In this document: positions 44,593 through 52,751 of the stretch, piece by piece
How the letters are laid out: each line of letters opens with the position of its first letter
Numbering within the stretch: position 1 is the first letter of the stretch
From: Isosphaeraceae bacterium
GTDB taxonomy: Bacteria; Planctomycetota; Planctomycetia; Isosphaerales; Isosphaeraceae
Assembly (NCBI GenBank): GCA_965199885.1
Contig: CBDATT010000002.1
Coordinates: 1 to 64,000, forward strand
DNA: 64,000 nucleotides
Direction: 5' to 3'
Position numbers and translations under genes: made by a program
The notes under the pieces: model-generated
Seen by the model: the letters and a program-made list of their open reading frames with translations, nothing else
Told to the model about the DNA's origin: nothing
Databases searched by the model: none

Positions 44593-45258
44593 ATGAAGAT
44601 CCAGCATCCCCTGGCGATCAAGGCGGTCGAGGTTGGTGGCGCCTGGCTGATCCGGCGACTGGCAGGTTCGTGTCGGTTCCACTTCCAATATGCCGACCCG
44701 TCGGTCAACCCCGCCGTGGCCCGCGAGACCGGCCAGCGGTTCATCTACGCATTTTATCATGAAGTGATGCTTTTCCCCGCCTATTACTGGGCGTGGCCCG
44801 AGATGCAGATCCTGATCAGCGACCACCGCGACGGCGAGCTGATTACGCGCGTTGTCCGCCGGCTTGGCTTCGGCGTGATCCGGGGCTCGACCACCCGCGG
44901 CGGCGCCCGCGCGCTCCGCGAGATGACCCACCGGATCGACCAGGGCCACCTCTGCGTCACCCCCGACGGTCCGCGGGGCCCGCGCCGCCACGTCCATCAG
45001 GGGCTCGCGTATCTTTCGAGCAAGACCGGCCTGCCGATCGTCGGCGCGGGGATGGCCTTCAAGAATCCCTGGCGTGCTCGGAGCTGGGATCGCTTCGCCG
45101 TCCCTCGCCCCTTCAGCGCCGCCGCGTGCGTCGTGCCCGAACCGCTCCTGGTCCCCCCCGACGCCGACCGCGAGACCGTTGAATCCTGCCGCGCTGAGGT
45201 CGAACGCCGGATGCTCGCCGCGACCGAGGAAGCCGAGGCCTGGGTCGCGCGGCTGTGA
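44593..45258 (+). CDS. lysophospholipid acyltransferase family protein (DUF374)
   Basis: About 221 aa. The motifs FIYAFYHEVML, ISDHRDGELITRVVRRLGFGVIRGSTTRGGARAL and VTPDGPRGPR are characteristic of DUF374/LPLAT-like proteins. Confidence 0.5.
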   Translation: MKIQHPLAIKAVEVGGAWLIRRLAGSCRFHFQYADPSVNPAVARETGQRFIYAFYHEVMLFPAYYWAWPEMQILISDHRDGELITRVVRRLGFGVIRGSTTRGGARALREMTHRIDQGHLCVTPDGPRGPRRHVHQGLAYLSSKTGLPIVGAGMAFKNPWRARSWDRFAVPRPFSAAACVVPEPLLVPPDADRETVESCRAEVERRMLAATEEAEAWVARL

Positions 45259-45328
45259 GTTCGCGCGGATTCGATCACCCGCCAGTCGCAATCAGGTCAG
45301 ACATCGGGGTCAATTCTTAGTTTCTCTA

Positions 45329-45379
45329 GTTCCCAGCAAAGCAATTCGCATCGCAGAGACCAGATTGCAAATCGCCAAG
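45329..45379. repeat. about 50-nt intergenic repeat, copy A
   Basis: GTTCCCAGCAAAGCAATTCGCATCGCAGAGACCAGATTGCAAATCGCCAAG is about 85% identical to copy B (57053-57103). Confidence 0.4.
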
Positions 45380-45970
45380 TCGGAGAGTCAGAAGTCGTTG
45401 TTAATTATATTTTTAGCTCACATTTTTGGGTTTATGTCCGCAGAAAAAATGCCTCAGTTCGCTTGCTTGTTGGAGAGTGGTGTCAAGAACAACCAAAACT
45501 GACACCAATTTCATTTGCACCGATCGGTTCAGGTCAGGGGAAAGATCTGAGGAATTTTTGGCGCGATCGAAGCGTGGAAAGCGGATTTGATGTTGAGGTG
45601 TTCGATCGGTCGGCCGGAACTGGGTCAGCTCAACATCCGGGGTTGAGCCAGGATCGGCCGGGTTGCTTCGGATTGCCTCGATTTCCTACTCAGGGAGCAA
45701 AGAAGGACGCCCTCCCTTCTGGGTTGGGCATGTTAGCTCACCGCCGTTTGTTGGGCTAGCGCTGGGCCTTCCCCGGGTATTTGGTCCGTGCATAAATTTC
45801 CCCCCTCGGTCGAGTGCCGCCCCGCCGCTGTTTGTCGGGACGGCACTCGACTTTTTTGATGGCGAGAAGTTGGGACCACGCGAATGTTGATGAGTCGGGC
45901 ATGGACGCGCCCGCCGCGACCTGCGATCATGCAGGCGACGCGAATCGACCCGAGGTGACGGAGCCCAACC

Positions 45971-46543
45971 ATGCGCAACGCCAGAATCTGGTTTGTGGGA
46001 ATCGTGAGCGGGGTCGCGGGCGTGGTTGGGTCGGTTCCCGGGCGGGCCAGTGCGCAAGCGGTTGCCTTCGCGCCCACGATTGGTACCGTCCCCGAAGGGA
46101 TCGGCATGACCGCCGTCCCGGTCGTCTCGCACGACCGCCGGTACGTCCGGATCGGGGTCAACGCCGACTTCTCGGCGATCAACCAGATCCAGAACTTCAA
46201 CATCCCGCTCGGAGCCGTCGCCGGTGGTCCGGGACCCGGTGCTGGTGGAGTCGGTGGTGCGGGTGCGGGTGCGGGTGGTTTCCGGAGCGTGGGAACCGCG
46301 AACGGCATGGATGGGCCGGTCGGGATGAACCCGGGGATGGGCTCGGGACTGAATTCCGGGATGATGGGGCCAATGGGCGGCTACTCGAGGTGGGATCAAG
46401 CCTACGCGATGGGCGACGACTCATGGTCGCCCACCCCACGTCGCGCCAGATCGACGCGGAGCAAGACGGCGAACCGAGCCAAACAGGCCACGGCCACGGC
46501 TCGCGCTGCCACGACCCCGGCCAAGGCCGCGCCGCCGAAGTGA
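45971..46543 (+). CDS. hypothetical secreted Gly/Met-rich protein
   Basis: Signal peptide, then a low-complexity GPGPGAGGVGGAGAGAGG and GMNPGMGSGLNSGMMGPMGG region with a basic C-terminus. The strand call is weak because low-complexity sequence is ambiguous in high-GC DNA. Confidence 0.3.
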   Translation: MRNARIWFVGIVSGVAGVVGSVPGRASAQAVAFAPTIGTVPEGIGMTAVPVVSHDRRYVRIGVNADFSAINQIQNFNIPLGAVAGGPGPGAGGVGGAGAGAGGFRSVGTANGMDGPVGMNPGMGSGLNSGMMGPMGGYSRWDQAYAMGDDSWSPTPRRARSTRSKTANRAKQATATARAATTPAKAAPPK

Positions 46544-46561
46544 TCCGACCCGGCGGTCGGT

Positions 46562-47776
46562 TCAGACCTTCAGGTAAAGCCGACGTCGGTCCATCCAGAA
46601 CAGGATCAGCCAGTAGACAGTCAGGAGCGCTGCGCCTTCGAGCAACGTCCGGTACGGAGTTCCAGCGACCTCGAAGATTCCCGCGCCGAGATGCTTCTGG
46701 AAGTTGGCGAGCGTGAAGTCGGCGATCAGGTGCGCCAGGCAATACGCGGCGATGGCGTTCCGGCCGATCACGACGAGCGGATACGTCCAGCCGCGCGAGC
46801 CGAGAACGTCGACCACGCCGTACAGGACCGCCAAGACGACGAAGCAGATCCCGCCGCTGAACAGGACCCATGCCGGGGTCCAGATCCGCTTGACGATCGG
46901 GCAGACGCCGAACCAGTCGAGCACCAGCCCGAGCGCGATTCCGACGGCCCCCGCCAGCAGCATCCGGCCGATCTTGCCGGTCGTCCCGACCTCGTCGAGC
47001 CGGAGCCAGCCGCCCGCGATCAGGCCGAGGAGCATTGTGCCGAGGGTCGGTATAAAGCTCAGGGTCGCGTACCCACCCTTGTGGAAGGGGAGAGCGCTGC
47101 TGGATGGGAACAGGTGGAGGAACCAGCGGTCGAAGGCCGCCGCCAGGTTGCTGTTCTTGTTCCAGTGCGCCGCGAAACCGGTGGCATGGTGCGGCCAGTC
47201 GCTCGGGACGCCGACGCTCGCGTAGTCGAAGTCGGACCCAGGGGCAGGGTACGCCGCGAACGCTCCCCACGAACCGACCAGAATCAGCGCCAGCACGATC
47301 CAGCGCCACCGAGCCGCGCCCAACCCGATCAGAAAAAGCGGGAAGTAGCCCAGGCCGATCTGCGACAGCGTGTCTTCGAACGTGAAGTTTGTTTGCCTGG
47401 ACGTCAGCGACCGGAGCCAGACTCCGAGCAGCACCAGGACAAACGCTCGCCAGCCGGCATGAAGCAGCGACGCCCGCGTCGACTCGCCCCGCCGCACCCG
47501 ACTGGCCAGCGAGAACGGCAAGGCCACGCCGACCAGAAACGAGAACGACGGCTGGATCATGTCGTGGATCGAACATCCGCGCCAGGCGACGTGCGACTGG
47601 TGGTAGCCGAGCCATTGCCAGGTTGGGCTGGCGGGAAACTGCTTCGCCATCTGCCCGAGTTCCAGCACCTCGGCCAGCATCAACAACATGACCGCCCCGC
47701 GGTAGACATCCACCGAGGCGATCCGGACCGGCGATTCTGCGGCGTTGGTGCTCATGGTCGGCGTATTGTGACCCAC
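46562..47776 (-). CDS. DUF5009/DUF1624-like acyltransferase-3-related membrane protein (HGSNAT-like)
   Basis: N-terminal motif RIASVDVYRGAVMLLM followed by about 10 TM helices, typical of the heparan-alpha-glucosaminide N-acetyltransferase-like bacterial family. Confidence 0.5.
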   Translation of the reverse strand: MGHNTPTMSTNAAESPVRIASVDVYRGAVMLLMLAEVLELGQMAKQFPASPTWQWLGYHQSHVAWRGCSIHDMIQPSFSFLVGVALPFSLASRVRRGESTRASLLHAGWRAFVLVLLGVWLRSLTSRQTNFTFEDTLSQIGLGYFPLFLIGLGAARWRWIVLALILVGSWGAFAAYPAPGSDFDYASVGVPSDWPHHATGFAAHWNKNSNLAAAFDRWFLHLFPSSSALPFHKGGYATLSFIPTLGTMLLGLIAGGWLRLDEVGTTGKIGRMLLAGAVGIALGLVLDWFGVCPIVKRIWTPAWVLFSGGICFVVLAVLYGVVDVLGSRGWTYPLVVIGRNAIAAYCLAHLIADFTLANFQKHLGAGIFEVAGTPYRTLLEGAALLTVYWLILFWMDRRRLYLKV

Positions 47777-47838
47777 ACGCCGTCCCCCCGCAAGTCTCGC
47801 CGGTGTCGGTTCAGAACTGGACCGACACTGACGCTGCG

Positions 47839-48291
47839 TCAGCCACCGTCCCCGCGCCCGTCGCGCTCGTGATCATAATGGCCATCGTGCGAGAACGCCT
47901 TCTGGCCATCGTGCGCGGGCTTGTGTTGGCCATCGTGCGAGAACGTGTTCGCCGCCGAACTTAGCAGCAGGCCCATCCCGAATTTCTCGAACGCCTCGAC
48001 GAATTCGGCGTTCAGGCAACGACCGGCTTCGCTGCCGTAATGGGTGAGCAAGTAGCGCTCCACGGGCACGAGAATCCCACCGAGCGTCCGGTTCGGCGGC
48101 AAGTCGAGTTCCAGCAGCCAGCCCACAACCGTCTGGACTTCCGCGACCATCAGGTCCCTGGCCGCGGCGGTCCGATCGCTCGTGCGGTACCGTCGCAAAA
48201 TCGAAATGCAGCAGTCGGACGCTTTGAGCATTTGATTTTTCGTCAAAGAATGCTCGTCCACGCAGGTCGCTCCGCTGAATGTCATCGTCAT
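47839..48291 (-). CDS. hypothetical protein with C-terminal His-rich tandem repeats (FSHDGQ x3)
   Basis: Start moved to MTMTFSG because the upstream ORF extension contains a Fur-box-like palindrome. The C-terminus FSHDGQHKPAHDGQKAFSHDGHYDHERDG is encoded by direct 21-24-nt DNA repeats. Confidence 0.35.
   Translation of the reverse strand: MTMTFSGATCVDEHSLTKNQMLKASDCCISILRRYRTSDRTAAARDLMVAEVQTVVGWLLELDLPPNRTLGGILVPVERYLLTHYGSEAGRCLNAEFVEAFEKFGMGLLLSSAANTFSHDGQHKPAHDGQKAFSHDGHYDHERDGRGDGG
47873..47950 (-). repeat. three direct 21-24-nt repeats (GGCCATCGTGCGAGAACG...) encoding FSHDGQ/H units
   Basis: The repeats are visible directly in the DNA: catggccatcgtgcgagaacgcc / ttctggccatcgtgcgcgggc / ttgtgttggccatcgtgcgagaacg. 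Confidence 0.5.
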
Positions 48292-48335
48292 TGGGTATGT
48301 CTCGGGAAAATGCTGCCAATCATGATGTAAAAGAT

Positions 48336-48355
48336 TGATAATATTTGCATTATCA
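48336..48355. promoter_or_regulatory. Fur-box-like inverted repeat TGATAAT-N6-ATTATCA in divergent intergenic region
   Basis: TGATAATATTTGCATTATCA lies in an AT-rich island between the His-repeat protein gene (minus) and the Crp/Fnr regulator gene (plus). Confidence 0.4.
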
Positions 48356-48717
48356 GTCAAAGCGATTTCTTGCTTTGTTGAATGACACAAGTCTGGCACG
48401 TGACGACCGCAGCGCCATCGTTTCCCAAGTTTGCCGAATGCCACTGGCCGCGTCGGCTGGCAACCGTACCGAACTCAGCGGATTTTTCGCGTGGGCACGC
48501 CCGGAGCAGGGTATCCATCGGGGGAGTATCATATTGATGATAATTTGCGTTAGAATGAGTGGACCAGGCGGTCGGTGTACTGCCGGCATCGTCCTTGATG
48601 TGACCAGGTTGGTTGTGATTAAGAGATTTACTCGCCCTGCGACATCGGGTGATCCGTCGGGGTCAGGCCCTTGCCAGCGGTGGTCTGCTCTCGAGCGATG
48701 GATGGTCCAGGTTGACT

Positions 48718-49434
48718 ATGCCCATTAACCCAGAACCCACCACGTCCGAAAATCGGCTCTTGAAAAAGCTGCCCGCCGCCGAACTCGACCGCTTGCAGCC
48801 GCACCTGAAACTGGAAGATCTGGAGATCAACCAGATCCTCTACGACCTGCGCGGGCCGATTGATACCGCTTACTTCCCCGGCGGTGCTGTGCTCTCGGCC
48901 TTGATGATCATGCAGGATGGGAATGCCATCGAGGTCGCGACCGTCGGCCGGGAAGGGCTGATCGGGCATACCGCCCTGCAGGGGAGTGCGATCTCGCCGA
49001 ACCGGATGATCGTGCAGATCCCGGGCAAGGTCTGGAGGATCTCGGTCGATGCCCTGGCCCGGGAGGCGAACGGGTGCCTTGTTCTACGTGGCCTCCTCAT
49101 CAGATACCAGGTTGCATTCCTGGCGCAGGTGTCTCAATCGGTGGCGTGCAACGGGTTGCACCGGCTTGAACAGCGCTGCTGCTGCTGGCTCCTGATGAGT
49201 CGCGACCGGCTCGGCTCGGATGACCTCCGCTTGACCCAGGAATTTCTTGCCATCATGCTCGGCGCCCGGCGGGCGAGCGTGACCGAAACCCTCAAGCCTC
49301 TCCAGGAAGCCAATCTCGTTCGATCCTACCGCGGGCAGATCTCGATCCTTGACGGGGCAGGGCTCGAAGAGCGGGCGTGCGAGTGCTACCAGATGGTCAA
49401 GGATGAGTACGACCGCTTGCTCGGAGTCTCGTGA
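48718..49434 (+). CDS. Crp/Fnr family transcriptional regulator
   Basis: cNMP-binding beta-roll (YFPGGAVLSALMIMQDGNAIEVATVGREGLIGH) plus a C-terminal HTH (ITQEFLAIMLGARRASVTETLKPLQEANLV). Confidence 0.7.
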   Translation: MPINPEPTTSENRLLKKLPAAELDRLQPHLKLEDLEINQILYDLRGPIDTAYFPGGAVLSALMIMQDGNAIEVATVGREGLIGHTALQGSAISPNRMIVQIPGKVWRISVDALAREANGCLVLRGLLIRYQVAFLAQVSQSVACNGLHRLEQRCCCWLLMSRDRLGSDDLRLTQEFLAIMLGARRASVTETLKPLQEANLVRSYRGQISILDGAGLEERACECYQMVKDEYDRLLGVS

Positions 49435-49582
49435 CTGACAGGGACGTCGCTTGCGAGGGAAAACCCCGAGACCCGAGAGTCAAGTCCTTGTCGGCCTCGG
49501 GCGCCGGTATTATCCTTTGATGATTCATATTACGACCGGAGCGTTTAGCGGCTCCGGAATCATCATCCGGAGTTTCCTTTTG

Positions 49583-50377
49583 ATGCATCATCTCCGTCGC
49601 GCGTTCACCCTGATCGAACTGCTTGTGGTCATCGCCATCATCGCCGTCCTGGTCGGCCTGCTCTTGCCTGCCGTCCAGGGGGCGCGTGAGGCGGCCCGGC
49701 GGATGGACTGCCAGAGCCACCTGCACCAGATCGGGATTGCCACCCTGCAATACTTCGACGACTGGAACGGCCAGTTTTTCCTCCATCACCCGTTCAACGC
49801 CGACAGCGTCCGGGACGTCGACAACGCCGAGTCGTTCGCCGAGATCTACTGGGAAGACAAGATCATGCCCTACATCAACCCGACCTTCGCCAACGAGGCG
49901 ATCGCCAGGGGGGGCACGCAGATCGCCGACGAGAAGATCTTTCGGTGCATGTCGGATACCTCGACCGTGGCGCCCTACATGGACCCCGACACCGGCCTCG
50001 TCGACGGGATCTCGAACCGGACGAGTTACCTGATGAACTCGCTTTTAAGTCACAAGACGGTCCGGTTTGGCCGCTACACGTTCGTTCGGTTCCAGCAGGA
50101 GATGGGGACGTCGAACTTCGTCGCCTTCAACGAGCGCGACGGTGCCGTGATCAACGCCAACATCAACGACCCCGTCGCCGCCACCGACCCCCGGCAGGAC
50201 GACTACGACCTCTGGCTCGGCACCAGGGTTCTCGATACCTGGATTCCCTGGAAACGCCACGGCGCCGCAAACGTCCTCTACCTCGACGGCCACGCCAGAT
50301 CCGTAACCTCGGCCGACGGCTACCTCGGCATGTTCCCCGGCGGCCAGTTGCTCATCAACCCCACGTTCGCTCCCTGA
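49583..50377 (+). CDS. DUF1559 domain protein (prepilin-type N-terminus plus H-X9-DG C-terminal motif; Planctomycete-expanded family)
   Basis: N-terminus [40 protein letters not shown]. The C-terminus [17 protein letters not shown] is an H-Xn-DG motif. Confidence 0.7.
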   Translation: MHHLRRAFTLIELLVVIAIIAVLVGLLLPAVQGAREAARRMDCQSHLHQIGIATLQYFDDWNGQFFLHHPFNADSVRDVDNAESFAEIYWEDKIMPYINPTFANEAIARGGTQIADEKIFRCMSDTSTVAPYMDPDTGLVDGISNRTSYLMNSLLSHKTVRFGRYTFVRFQQEMGTSNFVAFNERDGAVINANINDPVAATDPRQDDYDLWLGTRVLDTWIPWKRHGAANVLYLDGHARSVTSADGYLGMFPGGQLLINPTFAP

Positions 50378-50458
50378 TCAGCCGCCCCGGCGCGAGATCC
50401 GAAGGGGTGGTCCCGGATCGGATCCGCATCAAGGAGTGGCTTTTTGGCTTAACGTCAT

Positions 50459-50722
50459 TCATACCTGTTCCGGCTCAGACACGCTGTTGCGTGCCTTGTG
50501 GATCGAAAAGTAGATGGCGGTGCCAATGCTCGCGAAACCTAAAATGTAACAGCCGAACTTGTACAATTCGCTCATCTTTCCAGGAAGGTCATAGTTTACA
50601 AAACCTCTTGTTTCAACGATTCGCGTCATGTATGCCATGCTGATAAGATCCGATACAACTGGCAAGGCCACGAGGAAGCCACCCGTCACGACGAGGCCAA
50701 TCGCAACTGCGGGATTCATCAT
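50459..50722 (-). CDS. hypothetical small membrane protein
   Basis: 87 aa from MMNPAVAIGLVVTGGFLVALPVV with two predicted TM helices. It lies in a lower-GC patch. The upstream ORF extension is Gly/Arg-rich artefact. Confidence 0.3.
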   Translation of the reverse strand: MMNPAVAIGLVVTGGFLVALPVVSDLISMAYMTRIVETRGFVNYDLPGKMSELYKFGCYILGFASIGTAIYFSIHKARNSVSEPEQV

Positions 50723-50779
50723 TTGACGTTTCCTGATCAAGGACCAACCTGGTCGTAAGCAGGTTACACTTGATCTCCA

Positions 50780-50989
50780 GTGGTTTGCCACTCGATTTTT
50801 CGCCGCCGAAGTTCCTATTCGACTTGCAATCCCTCTTTGACCCCCAGCAGCACCACGTCCGATCGCTTCGCCAGCCTCGCGGCTGGTCGGACCGCCGCCC
50901 GGAGCGCCCACCCCGGCGGGGTCAATCTCCTGTTCGCCGCTGGCCACGTCCAGTTCCGCAAAAATTCGGTCTCGGCGAGCGACTTTTGA
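50780..50989 (+). pseudogene. C-terminal remnant of a DUF1559 (H-X9-DG) family gene
   Basis: It encodes ...SAHPGGVNLLFAAGHVQFRKNSVSASDF, the canonical DUF1559 C-terminal H-X9-DG motif with D->A, but lacks any upstream prepilin N-terminus. The upstream 400 nt are lower-GC and unrelated. Confidence 0.35.
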
Positions 50990-51147
50990 TCCAGACACGC
51001 AATTGCTGTCACACCGATCCGATCCTAGACTGAGCGGAACGAGCACCAACGGCGGGGAGACCACGCCGGTCCGGTCCGATCGGCGTGGCTCGTGCGCATC
51101 CCCGCCGGCAAGTCGCGGTGCTCGAGCTCTACGGGAGATCGCACCTG

Positions 51148-52659
51148 ATGTTTACGAGACGAGCCATCATTGATCGAGGCCGGGGTCGGTCGCTGCTCCG
51201 GCGGCGCGCCGTGCTCGCGGTCGAGGCCATGGAAGGGCGGCAACTGCTGACGGCGGCGGCCTTCTCGGTCACGCAGGACTGGGGGTCGGGCTTCGGCGGG
51301 CAGGTGGTCATCACCAACACGGCGGCAACGCCGGTCACCAACTGGACGCTTGCCTTCGACTTCGACAGGTCGATCACGTCGGTCTGGGACGGCACGATCA
51401 CCAGCCATGTCGGCAACCACTACGTCGTCACCAACGCCGGCTGGAACTCAACCATCGCCGCCACCGGCGGGACCGCCGAGTTCGGCTTCAACGGCGCCAC
51501 CGGCAACGTCGGGACCGACCACCCGACCAACTACACTCTCAACGGCGTCGCCCTCGGTACCGCATCCCCGACGCCAACGCCAACTCCCACACCGTCGCCA
51601 ACTCCAACTCCATCACCAACCCCCACACCAACCCCGACCCCTACACCGACCCCGACCCCGACCCCTACACCATCACCAAGCCCGACGGCACCGGTCGCCG
51701 GGGCCTGGCCATCTCATGTCTACGCTCCTTACGTCGATATGACGTTGTACCCAACTTATAACCTGGTCCAGACCGCTCAACAGCAGGGGATCAAATACTT
51801 CTCGATGGCCTTTATCGTGGCCGACCCGTCCAACAAGGCCCCGAGCTGGGGCGGGTACAGTTCTTATGACGTCAACGGCGGAAGTTTCGACCTGGCGATC
51901 CGGGCGCAGCTTGCCGCGCTTCGCAAGATCGGCGGCGACGCGATGGTCTCCTTCGGCGGTGCGGCGGGGACCGAACTGGCGCAGGCGATCACCAGCGTGC
52001 CAGCCTTGACGGCCGCCTACGAGCAGGTGATCAACGCCTATGGCCTGACCCACATCGACTTCGACATCGAAGGGGCCGCCGAGGCCGACGCCGCGTCGAT
52101 CGCCCGCCGCTCGCAGGCAATCGCGGCGGTCGAGCAGGACATGCTCGCCGCCGGCCGGTCGCTCAGCGTCAGCTATACCTTGCCCGCCTTGCCCACCGGC
52201 CTGACCAGTGATGGCCTGGCCGTGGTCAAATCCGCGCTCCAGTACGGCGTCAAGCTGGCGGGAGTGAACATCATGACGATGGACTTCGGTGACTACGCAG
52301 CTCCGAAGCCCGCCGGGCAGATGGGAAGCTACGTCATCGCCGCGGGCAACGCTCTGGAGGCACAACTGCAAACGCTCTACGGGTCGAGCCAGTCAAGTAC
52401 GCAACTCTGGGCGATGGTCGGGATCACGCCGATGATCGGCGTCAACGACGTCAGCACTGAGGTCTTCGGCATCGCCGACGCCAATCAGGTGCTCGCCTGG
52501 GCCCAATCGAAGGGAATTGGGCGGATTTCGATCTGGTCGCTCAACCGCGATCAGGCCAACCCGAAGGGACCGCTCACCTACGCCGAGGCCACTTCCAGCA
52601 GCATCGCGCAGACGCCGTACCAGTTCTCGATCCTCTTCAACAAGTTCACTTCGTCGTAA
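51148..52659 (+). CDS. secreted chitinase: CBM2 carbohydrate-binding module, Pro/Thr linker, GH18 catalytic domain
   Basis: Signal peptide, a CBM2-like module (SVTQDWGSGFGGQVVITNTAATPVTNWTLAFDF...W...GFNGA...TLNGVALG), a (TP)n linker, and GH18 motifs SFGGAAG (SxGG) and HIDFDIEG (DxDxE). Confidence 0.7.
   Translation: MFTRRAIIDRGRGRSLLRRRAVLAVEAMEGRQLLTAAAFSVTQDWGSGFGGQVVITNTAATPVTNWTLAFDFDRSITSVWDGTITSHVGNHYVVTNAGWNSTIAATGGTAEFGFNGATGNVGTDHPTNYTLNGVALGTASPTPTPTPTPSPTPTPSPTPTPTPTPTPTPTPTPTPSPSPTAPVAGAWPSHVYAPYVDMTLYPTYNLVQTAQQQGIKYFSMAFIVADPSNKAPSWGGYSSYDVNGGSFDLAIRAQLAALRKIGGDAMVSFGGAAGTELAQAITSVPALTAAYEQVINAYGLTHIDFDIEGAAEADAASIARRSQAIAAVEQDMLAAGRSLSVSYTLPALPTGLTSDGLAVVKSALQYGVKLAGVNIMTMDFGDYAAPKPAGQMGSYVIAAGNALEAQLQTLYGSSQSSTQLWAMVGITPMIGVNDVSTEVFGIADANQVLAWAQSKGIGRISIWSLNRDQANPKGPLTYAEATSSSIAQTPYQFSILFNKFTSS
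51565..51690 (+). repeat. tandem ACN-CCN (Thr/Ser-Pro) repeat encoding the PT linker of the chitinase
   Basis: Protein reads SPTPTPTPTPSPTPTPSPTPTPTPTPTPTPTPTPTPSPSPT. The DNA is an imperfect 6-nt tandem repeat. Confidence 0.6.
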
Positions 52660-52751
52660 CGCGGAGCGCAAGGAACGCCCGAACTTCCCGACTGGCCGTC
52701 GCGGCAACGGCGGCCAGGTCTTACCTCGACGGATGGCGGGTGTCCCGGATT

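Noticed and set aside
45560-45660. GTTCGATCGG and nested GGCTCAAC/GTTGAGCC hairpins that superficially resemble a tRNA T-arm
   Set aside because: No acceptor stem, D-arm or anticodon arm can be built. It is probably a structured intergenic element, not a tRNA. The overlapping ORF 45463-45759 has no coding support either.
51565-51690. Short tandem repeats considered as a possible CRISPR-like array
   Set aside because: The period is 6 nt, there are no spacers, and it is in frame within the chitinase gene encoding a Thr/Pro linker. It is a coding microsatellite, not CRISPR. No CRISPR array or cas gene is present in the window.
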